Source: a virus. Taken from it: a stretch of DNA of 64,000 nt. The notes beneath the pieces were generated by a model, which searched no databases, was not told the DNA's origin, and saw only the letters and a list, made by a program, of their open reading frames with translations. A program made the translations under genes and the position numbers. Below are positions 47,451 to 55,729 of the stretch, in pieces. Each line of letters opens with the position of its first letter. Position 1 is the stretch's first letter. The stretch spans positions 1-64,000 of the IMG/VR virus record IMGVR_UViG_3300025093_000011, one strand, 5' to 3'.

Positions 47451-50400
47451 AAAGATTAAAAAAATATCAAGGTATTCTTGGAGGAAGTAGTGTAGGTAAT
47501 GATGGTGGAACCTACAAGGTAAAAAAGGGTGATACCTTTTATGGTATTGCAAATGACTTTAATGTTGACTGGGATGAGCTTATTAAAAGTAATCCTAATT
47601 TAGATGAAAAAGCAAGAAATCATCTCATTCCTGGACAATCAATACTTGTTCCTGGTCTTAAAACACAATCATCTGTATTAGATCTTCCAACAATGTATGA
47701 CTTTCTTGATCAGGCAGGAGTGGTTTATGAACCTCCATCAAGACAAGCTTCTAATTCTCTACTTGATGCAGCTGCAAAAGCTGCTAAAAATAAAGCAAAA
47801 GGTACAAAAATAAATAAGGTTATAGAAGCTAAGAAAAAGAAACGAGATGATGATGCTGCTGTAATGGCTGCTTGGAAAGATGATTTAAAGATAAATGAAA
47901 ATTCAACAAAAGTAGGTTATAAAGGAGGTAGATGGTACCCACATGGAAGTTTAGAACCAGGTAATAGAACAATTGCTTATGGTCATAAACTTACAGATAA
48001 AGAAAGAGACAGCAAAGCTTTTGCAGGAGGGTTAAGTGAAAAGCAAGCAGACATGCTTTTAGATAAAGATATGGCTATTCATTTAAATGCATTTAGAAAT
48101 GAATTTAATAAAAAATTTGGACCTGGTTCTTATGATAAGTTATCTCTTAATGAAAAAGTAGTTGGAGCTGATTATCATTTTAATGGTCTTCCAGTTGAAG
48201 AATTTAAAAAATTCTTTACAGCAATGCATCAGGGTAATGTTGATAGAATGAAAAAAGAATATGTGCGAAAATACACAGACAAGAAACTTAAGAAAAAACT
48301 TCCTTTAAAACAAAGAAATACTTGGACAAGAAAAACATTAGGTTGGGAGAAGCAAGATGGGGGAATAGTTTCTGAATATGGTTGGGATTATAAAAAAGAT
48401 GGTGATAACTATTTAACTAGAAGAACTGGTAATGAAGATTGGATAACAGCTAGAGGTAATGCATTAGATGCTATTAAATCTAAAATATTTAATGAGGGTC
48501 CTCAAATGAGTCAGGAAGAAGCTGAAGTTTCTCACAGACAAGAATGGATGGATAGGGTTAGAAGATATATAAATAGAGGAATGACTTTAGATGACTTAGC
48601 TCCATTGATGGGAACCAGACGAGGTATTCTTCAATATTTTCCAGAATTAGCAAATGAAGCTGTAAATCAAAATGTAGATCAAATTGATGAAGATTTATCT
48701 ATAGAGTTAGATCTTTATGATGCTGGGGAAATGTCCCTTGATGATCTAAGTTCAGAGGCTATAGATATAATAGCTGAAAAAGAACGTAAAGCATGGAGAA
48801 AAGAAAGAGAGCAACAATTACAAGAACCTATTATTCAAGAAGAGGAAGAAGCAGTTGATTCTGATGGTGGTGGTTGGACTACAGAGGAAGAACATCAGAA
48901 AATGTTTGGTTTTAAAACAAATGAACCTATAGAAGAATCAATTGAAGAATCAATGGAAGTTGATGATGAGGGAACTTCAATAGAACTAGATTTATATAGA
49001 TCCGGTGAAATATCTATTGATGATTTAAGTCCTGAAGCTTTTGATATTATAGCTGAGGAAGAACGTAAAGACTATAGATCAAATCGAGAAAAAAAGATTG
49101 AAGAAGTTGTAGAAAGTCCGTGGAGAGATAATTTAAGACAAGAATATTTAAAGTCTAATGAAGAATTATTTACACAAGGTAATCCTTTTGATCAAGCTCC
49201 TGCAGAAAATGAAGCAGATGATTATTATCAAAATTTATTTCAAAGATTAAAAGATATAGATCAACAGAAGTCTGTTGAACCACAAACACTATATGATCCT
49301 GTAACAGGACAACCAATGTCTCAGTCATCTAATCCTGCTTCAACATTTAGAGATCTTAGAACTCCTTATGATATACAACAGCAAGAACTAAGAGATGCTG
49401 AAACTGCTGATTATGAAACTGTTACACAACCTTTTATGCAAGAAAACTTTCCCATAGTAACAGGTGTTGTTGATCAAATAGGAGATGGGGCAAAATTTAT
49501 TGCAGATGAAGTTGAAGATGTTGTTGATAAACTTCAAAAGACATCTATACTTCCAGGATATATAACAAATGATGCAGAAGCATTATATAATTTTGGATCA
49601 CATATAGTAAATAAAGACTATGAAGCTTTAATAAATAATAAATATGGTCAAAAACTTGCTTTAAAAATTCTTGATCAAAATGAGAATCCTAATAAATATA
49701 TGGGTCTTAGATTTAAAACATTAACTGATGTAGAACAACAATGGTTAAGAAGAGGTCTTGAAAAAGTAGGAGCAATTGATACTCCTGATTTTAAATTAGG
49801 TAACGTTGCAGAAGAAGTTGTAGAAGAAACTCCTGCACCTGAAACTTTTACTAGAAGAATAGGTGATGTAAAAGATTCTTATGCACCTGAATATAACTTA
49901 ATGGCTTATAGAAATCAATGGGATAATGGTGAAGGATTTGTATATAAAACAGCTCCTACTAAACAACATAGAAAAGATTCTGATGAATATGAAGGTGTAT
50001 TAGGTGTAGCTCACTTCTTATTAGATGCTAGTGTTGATTCTGAATATCCGTATAGTCATAAAAATAACGCAGCTTTTATTGAAAATGCAATTGCTAATGA
50101 TGATTGGATACCTGCTTTTGAACAACTTGAAGGTAATAGGGTTAGATTAAAATATAAAAAACCTGATGATATTCTTGAAACAGATATAGTAAACACACCA
50201 TTAAGACAATTAAATTTTTCAGATATTGATTTTAAAACAGATCAAACTCCTAAAGGTTTTAAATCTAGTGTACATGAAGTAACTACTAAAGATGGAGATG
50301 GAACTCTTTTATTATTTAAAAACAAAGATGGCTATTCTAGATTTAGTGGAGGTTCTGTAGTATTTATATTTGAAGATAAGTATGGTAACGTTATTGTTAG

Positions 50401-50701
50401 AGATTTTGCTGGTTCATTAAATAGTATTCAAAAAGAAGGAAACTCAATTACTAAACAATATAATCTTAAACCTGGACAACTTACTATTGGTTATCATGAT
50501 GTAGGTTCATTTAGTGCTAAACCAAAAGCTAATAAGAATAATGTTCTTAAAGCTAAACAATGGGAAGGTTATAATGATGCAGGGTATACAGGAGGAGCAT
50601 TGCTTATTCCAGCACCTGATGATGTTGAGCTTCTTAACCGTGAGTCTTTTAGATTCTTTGATCCTAAATATACTAATACGGGTCCTGATAATAAACCTTA
50701 A
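47447..50701 (+). CDS. Virion cargo protein with LysM and lysozyme-like domains
   Basis: YKVKKGDTFYGIA...NP.L...L.PGQ.ILVP (LysM) and EN...GNRTIAYGHKL (muramidase-like). Confidence 0.75.
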   Translation: MKRLKKYQGILGGSSVGNDGGTYKVKKGDTFYGIANDFNVDWDELIKSNPNLDEKARNHLIPGQSILVPGLKTQSSVLDLPTMYDFLDQAGVVYEPPSRQASNSLLDAAAKAAKNKAKGTKINKVIEAKKKKRDDDAAVMAAWKDDLKINENSTKVGYKGGRWYPHGSLEPGNRTIAYGHKLTDKERDSKAFAGGLSEKQADMLLDKDMAIHLNAFRNEFNKKFGPGSYDKLSLNEKVVGADYHFNGLPVEEFKKFFTAMHQGNVDRMKKEYVRKYTDKKLKKKLPLKQRNTWTRKTLGWEKQDGGIVSEYGWDYKKDGDNYLTRRTGNEDWITARGNALDAIKSKIFNEGPQMSQEEAEVSHRQEWMDRVRRYINRGMTLDDLAPLMGTRRGILQYFPELANEAVNQNVDQIDEDLSIELDLYDAGEMSLDDLSSEAIDIIAEKERKAWRKEREQQLQEPIIQEEEEAVDSDGGGWTTEEEHQKMFGFKTNEPIEESIEESMEVDDEGTSIELDLYRSGEISIDDLSPEAFDIIAEEERKDYRSNREKKIEEVVESPWRDNLRQEYLKSNEELFTQGNPFDQAPAENEADDYYQNLFQRLKDIDQQKSVEPQTLYDPVTGQPMSQSSNPASTFRDLRTPYDIQQQELRDAETADYETVTQPFMQENFPIVTGVVDQIGDGAKFIADEVEDVVDKLQKTSILPGYITNDAEALYNFGSHIVNKDYEALINNKYGQKLALKILDQNENPNKYMGLRFKTLTDVEQQWLRRGLEKVGAIDTPDFKLGNVAEEVVEETPAPETFTRRIGDVKDSYAPEYNLMAYRNQWDNGEGFVYKTAPTKQHRKDSDEYEGVLGVAHFLLDASVDSEYPYSHKNNAAFIENAIANDDWIPAFEQLEGNRVRLKYKKPDDILETDIVNTPLRQLNFSDIDFKTDQTPKGFKSSVHEVTTKDGDGTLLLFKNKDGYSRFSGGSVVFIFEDKYGNVIVRDFAGSLNSIQKEGNSITKQYNLKPGQLTIGYHDVGSFSAKPKANKNNVLKAKQWEGYNDAGYTGGALLIPAPDDVELLNRESFRFFDPKYTNTGPDNKP

Positions 50702-50708
50702 AGGTTTA
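50692..50708. promoter_or_regulatory. Palindromic operator-like site TAAACCTT-A-AAGGTTTA
   Basis: Perfect 8-1-8 inverted repeat upstream of a late promoter. Confidence 0.55.
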
Positions 50709-50723
50709 AACAATAAATTAAAA

Positions 50724-50735
50724 TTTAGTATATTA
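50724..50735 (+). promoter_or_regulatory. Putative late promoter TTTAGTATATTA
   Basis: Repeated motif. Confidence 0.7.
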
Positions 50736-50753
50736 TATATAACTATTTAAATT

Positions 50754-53700
50754 ATGGCACAGAAGAAAAAATATAGAATATATAAAGCTGGTGGTCAGCA
50801 TGGTAGAATAATAAATCCAACTGCAAAATTCTTAATGAAAGCAGAAGCTGGAATGCAACAACCTACTCCAGCTGAAATGATCATGATGCAAGAACAGCAG
50901 ATGGGTCAACAGCCTATGGGAGCACCTTCTCCTGAAGAAATGCAAATGATGCAACAAGCTCAAGGTCAACCACCTATGCAAGGAATGCCACCTCAACCAT
51001 CAGATGAAGAAAGAATGATGATGGAAGCACAGCAAGAAATGCAAGAACTGATAATGTCTGTAAAAGAAGCTTTAGAAGTTGGAACATCTGTAGAAGAAAT
51101 TATTGAAGCTTTACAAGAAGATGGTCATAGCTCTGATAAAATAAAATTTGCACTAGTAGAATCTGGAATTTCAGAAGAAGAAGCTAATGTATTAGTTTCT
51201 CCTGATGAAGTTAAAACTCCTGATGCTCCAGAATTAGATATGGAAATGAAGGAAGAAGATGTTGAGGTTGAAGAAGTTCCGGAAGAAACTGATAGAGCTT
51301 TTGTAAAAAGAAGAGTTAAAGAACTTAAGAAAGCAAAAGAAGGTTTAGAAGCAAATAAAGATACTGAAGATGGATTAGATGTAAAAAATACTTTTAGATC
51401 TAATACTTTTGATATACCAGAAGGTGGTAGAAAAGATTTAGTTTCAGGTTTTTTATCTGGTATAAATGATAGTGTTCAGACTCATCAGTTTGAGCAACAA
51501 GCTGAAAATGAATTGATGCAAGCAAAGACTGGTAGAGAAATGCGTCAAGAAATGAGAGCTAATAGACAAGCTCTAAGAGAAAGAAGAAGAGCAGGTAGAC
51601 AAGCTAGAAGATATGGATTAGATCCTTTCTTATTTGCTGAAGAAGGTACATTTCATGGAGAAAAAGGACCTCTTGGTTTAGGACTTAGAAGTTTTGATAT
51701 AACTTGGAAGAATGCTACTCCTATGCCATATCATTTTTATGACGGTATTACAAATCCTTTTTTTAATGGTAGAGGTTATTATACTAACGTTGCTAAAAAA
51801 ATAATAGCTCCTGGAGAAGAATTGATTCAATCAGAAATTCAAGCAGAAGGTGATTCTAAAAATGTTGATGAAGGAACTACATTTACTTGGGATGATGTTG
51901 AGAAAGGAAAGGCTCCTGCAAAATCAGAATCTAGTAATAAACAAACTCATACTAGAAGACAAACTAATACAACAAATTATTGGCAAAGACGTCAAAATCC
52001 AGCAAGTGCTAGTATTTCCAGTGTAAGTAATCCTTCTAATGATGATTTAAATACTTTGGGTGCATTGTTTGCAATGCAAAAAGATATACCTGGAGGAGAA
52101 AAAGATATGCTTAAATTTATGGAGTTAGCTCAGACTAATCCTAAGTATATAAACAATGTAAAGAAAACAGTAAAAGGTTGGAATGCTGTTAATAAACAAC
52201 AGGTAACCAAAACTAAAATTACTCCAACTAAAGTAGATGAACCAGGTATGCCGGCATGGATGCAAATGGGTCTGTCTGTTGCAGGAGCTACAACACTATA
52301 TAAGACTGCGGAATGGGTCTTTAGATCTGTTAAAGCTGGTAAACCTGTAAAACCTTCTATTTTAAAATGGTTACAATCAAAAGGAGTTACACCTCCTAAA
52401 CCTGGAACAACTCAATCTTTTAACTCATGGCTTGATTCAAATAAAAGTTCAATAAAAAGTAAAAGTAAGCCTGCTGCTAAACCTACTGCTAAACCTAAAG
52501 TTAAACCTACTACACCTAAACCTAAAGTTAAAGCTAAAGCACCTAGTAAGTGGAATAAGTTTTTAAAAGGTTCAAAAAAGGTTATGAAAGGAGCTGTTAA
52601 GGGTATGAAAGGGATTAATCCATTGATGAATTTAGATATGTTTATTCCCGATCCAGAGATAATGAATATGATTATGGGTCGGAGTAGTGGGAGGCCATCA
52701 GCCCAAATAGGTGGATTTGTAGATTCAACTAATCCTGACTTATATAAATTTATATATGGAGGAGATGAAGCTTACTCAGGTATTCCACAAGGAGAAGATA
52801 TAAATGATCCTTACATACCTTTTATGAAACATGGTGGTCCACATAATGATCAAATTAGAGTTGTAAAAGAAACTCTCTCAGGTCGGAGTCCATCATATTA
52901 TCATGGTTGGGATCAAATGCCTTATGCACTTAATGAAGATGGAACTCTTGCTTTTAGTGCTGAAGATGTTGCTGCAGCTAACAAAGCTTATTTTGAAGAA
53001 GGGGATGAAAGTAGATTAGGAGATGCTGCATTAAAAGCTTATCCTCATATAGGACCTCATCAACAAAGTATGAATGTAGTTTATGCAGATGCAAATAATC
53101 CAGAAGCAGCTTTTGCAGCTGGAGACAGGTTTGGAGATAAAGAGCTTACTACAATGTATATGTCACCTGCATCTGCAAGAAATCCTGTAGGTTCTTATGA
53201 TCAACAACTTCAAGCATGGTCAATGAGTCAACCAAGAACAAATGTTGTACCAGATCAAGTTTTATATGATAATAAAAGTTTAGATTATTTTCCAGGTGAA
53301 ACCAAAGGAGAATACTATGGTAGAATGGGTGGTCCTGAAACAGTTCAATACATGATAGATAAGTATGATATGAATCCTGAAGAGATGTATAATACAAATC
53401 CTCTACCTAGTAGATTTAAAGATCCTAGTGCTAACATAGATCCTAATACAGGTAAAAGAGGTCCTGAAAAATACTATGATTGGGATACTGGTACTTGGAT
53501 AGAACCTTATTTAGAACCTAGACCTGTTGAAGAATATCCTAATATAGAAAGTTATGCAACTGGTGGACAACTAGATACATATCAAGGAGATGAGGGTGGT
53601 AATCAAATACCAAGAATAAGTGATCAAGCATTAGATTATATTCTTGATTATGAAGCTGCACATGGAAGTCCTCATGGATTAGGATTATCTAACTATGGTA

Positions 53701-55721
53701 TTCAAGATAAATACAGAACACAATATCCAAACATACTTCCTGCATCAGGAGATATAAGTAGAGATCAAGCTAGACAGTTTTTACTATCTGATCAATTTAG
53801 ATATGGAGACATGCAACAGTTTCCTTTAGATGTTCAAAGAAGATTACTTGATTACAGTTTTAACACTGGTAGAAACTTTGAAGATCTTTTACTTTTAGAT
53901 GCAGGTCTTACAGATATGGCTACAGTAGATAGTTCTGATCCAGCTGACATAGCTAAATTAAAAGAACTTTATACTGAAAATCAAGCAGATATATTAGCTA
54001 AGATGGGAGAAGAAGGTTATGCATCTCATTTAGATAAAAGTAAACATGATGTTTATAAAAGTTTAAATACAAGAAGAGGTTATGGCAGTGATCCTTCTAG
54101 CTATACTTATAAAGATAGTCCTTATGCAAGAACGTGGAGTCCTAGAATTGACATGTGGCAAGACTTTAAATTAAATGAAAAAGGTGAAGTTGTAGATCAA
54201 AATACAAATGAAGTTGTTGTAGATAAAGATGGTAATCAAACTACTACAACTACTACAACTACTAAAAAAAGAATGAGACCACAAGTAAGAGGATATAGAT
54301 ATAATCCTACAGGTGGTGCATTCTTTACACAAGGTAATCCCCGATTTGATAGATATAATGCTTTTGGTAGAATAAATCCAGCCTTTGGAAAAAGACCTTC
54401 AATATTTAATACTCATACATACATGACACCTTTAAATGACTTTGCTAGAAACTTACCACCAGAAGCTCTTGCAAGTTTAATGAAGTCTGGTAAAGCTGGA
54501 GTAATAAAACGAGGCATGTTTAGAGGAAGAGATCCGGAAACAGGTCTAAGACTTCCTAAAAGAGAAGCTTATATACAGTGGGGTGATGGTGTAAATACAC
54601 CTGAGCAAACTATAAGAGATCCTAAAACTGGTGAGATTTTAAACCGTGCAGGACTTAGACAAACTATCAGAGGTATCAAAGATGGCAACTATGGTAGAAA
54701 GGCTACAAGAAAAATGATACGTGGTGAAAGAAAAGCTTTTAGAGATGCTAGAAAAGCAAGAAGAAGAGGGTTTGGTGATGATTATAATTATAATGAAGAT
54801 TATACTCCAGAAATGGAAGAAGCAGCTAATGCAGAATGGGTTGAAAAGATGAATGCAGATAGAGATCGAAGATTAAATCCTGATGCAGGAGGAGATCAAA
54901 ATGCACCATACTATGATAAAAGAGGTGAAGATATGAATCCATTAAATAGATTTACAGAAGAAGAAGCAGGAGGTTATAGTAAAGATATGGGTTCTGATAA
55001 TATGAGATACGGTGGTTTCTTTAATCATGGTGGAACTCATCCTGATCAGCAACCTAATCCATATGGTAATACACCTATGGGACAGGGACTTAATACTATG
55101 ATGAATATGTTTGGTAATAACAATAACATGCAGACTCAACTTCAATCATCTGCAAACTTTCAAGCAAATCCTCAGTTTACTCCTCAAAATACAGGAGCTA
55201 GTCCTCAGACAGGTGGTTCTAATTTCTCTTATTCAGCTGCTGCACCTCCAATGATAGATGAAAATAATAATGGAATACCTGATACTATAGAAAGACCTAG
55301 TGATGAACAACCAATGATAGGTCCTCAAAATAAACCTAAAGAAACTAAAGGAGGAAAAGCAAGATTTGCTATAGATAATGCTTATGATATTAATCTTTCA
55401 GAAACTGCTAATATGGGTAAAGATCTTTCTTATGATGTTATAAAGTTTGCTAACACTCTTGGAAGTTCTTCGGGAGAGAAAGATAGATTCAATTTAGGTT
55501 TAGATGATTCTATAAATTATGGTGAAGATTTAGGATTAAAGAAAGTTAATACTCAAGGTAAAGATCAAGTATACCAAGATAACCGTGCAGATGTACAATA
55601 TGTTTCAGCAAAGTATGGAGGTGACGTAAGTAATATGTATGAGGAAGGTGAAGAATATGATTTAACTTTAGAAGAGCTTGCTGAAATTTTAGCAAATGGA
55701 GGTAATGTAGAATTTTTATAA
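50754..55721 (+). CDS. Virion cargo protein with M/Q/P-rich segments and a GH108-like muramidase domain
   Basis: ILDYE...GLSNYGI...ISRDQARQF...FPLDVQRRLLDYSFNTG. Confidence 0.65.
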   Translation: MAQKKKYRIYKAGGQHGRIINPTAKFLMKAEAGMQQPTPAEMIMMQEQQMGQQPMGAPSPEEMQMMQQAQGQPPMQGMPPQPSDEERMMMEAQQEMQELIMSVKEALEVGTSVEEIIEALQEDGHSSDKIKFALVESGISEEEANVLVSPDEVKTPDAPELDMEMKEEDVEVEEVPEETDRAFVKRRVKELKKAKEGLEANKDTEDGLDVKNTFRSNTFDIPEGGRKDLVSGFLSGINDSVQTHQFEQQAENELMQAKTGREMRQEMRANRQALRERRRAGRQARRYGLDPFLFAEEGTFHGEKGPLGLGLRSFDITWKNATPMPYHFYDGITNPFFNGRGYYTNVAKKIIAPGEELIQSEIQAEGDSKNVDEGTTFTWDDVEKGKAPAKSESSNKQTHTRRQTNTTNYWQRRQNPASASISSVSNPSNDDLNTLGALFAMQKDIPGGEKDMLKFMELAQTNPKYINNVKKTVKGWNAVNKQQVTKTKITPTKVDEPGMPAWMQMGLSVAGATTLYKTAEWVFRSVKAGKPVKPSILKWLQSKGVTPPKPGTTQSFNSWLDSNKSSIKSKSKPAAKPTAKPKVKPTTPKPKVKAKAPSKWNKFLKGSKKVMKGAVKGMKGINPLMNLDMFIPDPEIMNMIMGRSSGRPSAQIGGFVDSTNPDLYKFIYGGDEAYSGIPQGEDINDPYIPFMKHGGPHNDQIRVVKETLSGRSPSYYHGWDQMPYALNEDGTLAFSAEDVAAANKAYFEEGDESRLGDAALKAYPHIGPHQQSMNVVYADANNPEAAFAAGDRFGDKELTTMYMSPASARNPVGSYDQQLQAWSMSQPRTNVVPDQVLYDNKSLDYFPGETKGEYYGRMGGPETVQYMIDKYDMNPEEMYNTNPLPSRFKDPSANIDPNTGKRGPEKYYDWDTGTWIEPYLEPRPVEEYPNIESYATGGQLDTYQGDEGGNQIPRISDQALDYILDYEAAHGSPHGLGLSNYGIQDKYRTQYPNILPASGDISRDQARQFLLSDQFRYGDMQQFPLDVQRRLLDYSFNTGRNFEDLLLLDAGLTDMATVDSSDPADIAKLKELYTENQADILAKMGEEGYASHLDKSKHDVYKSLNTRRGYGSDPSSYTYKDSPYARTWSPRIDMWQDFKLNEKGEVVDQNTNEVVVDKDGNQTTTTTTTTKKRMRPQVRGYRYNPTGGAFFTQGNPRFDRYNAFGRINPAFGKRPSIFNTHTYMTPLNDFARNLPPEALASLMKSGKAGVIKRGMFRGRDPETGLRLPKREAYIQWGDGVNTPEQTIRDPKTGEILNRAGLRQTIRGIKDGNYGRKATRKMIRGERKAFRDARKARRRGFGDDYNYNEDYTPEMEEAANAEWVEKMNADRDRRLNPDAGGDQNAPYYDKRGEDMNPLNRFTEEEAGGYSKDMGSDNMRYGGFFNHGGTHPDQQPNPYGNTPMGQGLNTMMNMFGNNNNMQTQLQSSANFQANPQFTPQNTGASPQTGGSNFSYSAAAPPMIDENNNGIPDTIERPSDEQPMIGPQNKPKETKGGKARFAIDNAYDINLSETANMGKDLSYDVIKFANTLGSSSGEKDRFNLGLDDSINYGEDLGLKKVNTQGKDQVYQDNRADVQYVSAKYGGDVSNMYEEGEEYDLTLEELAEILANGGNVEFL

Positions 55722-55729
55722 TATTAAAT

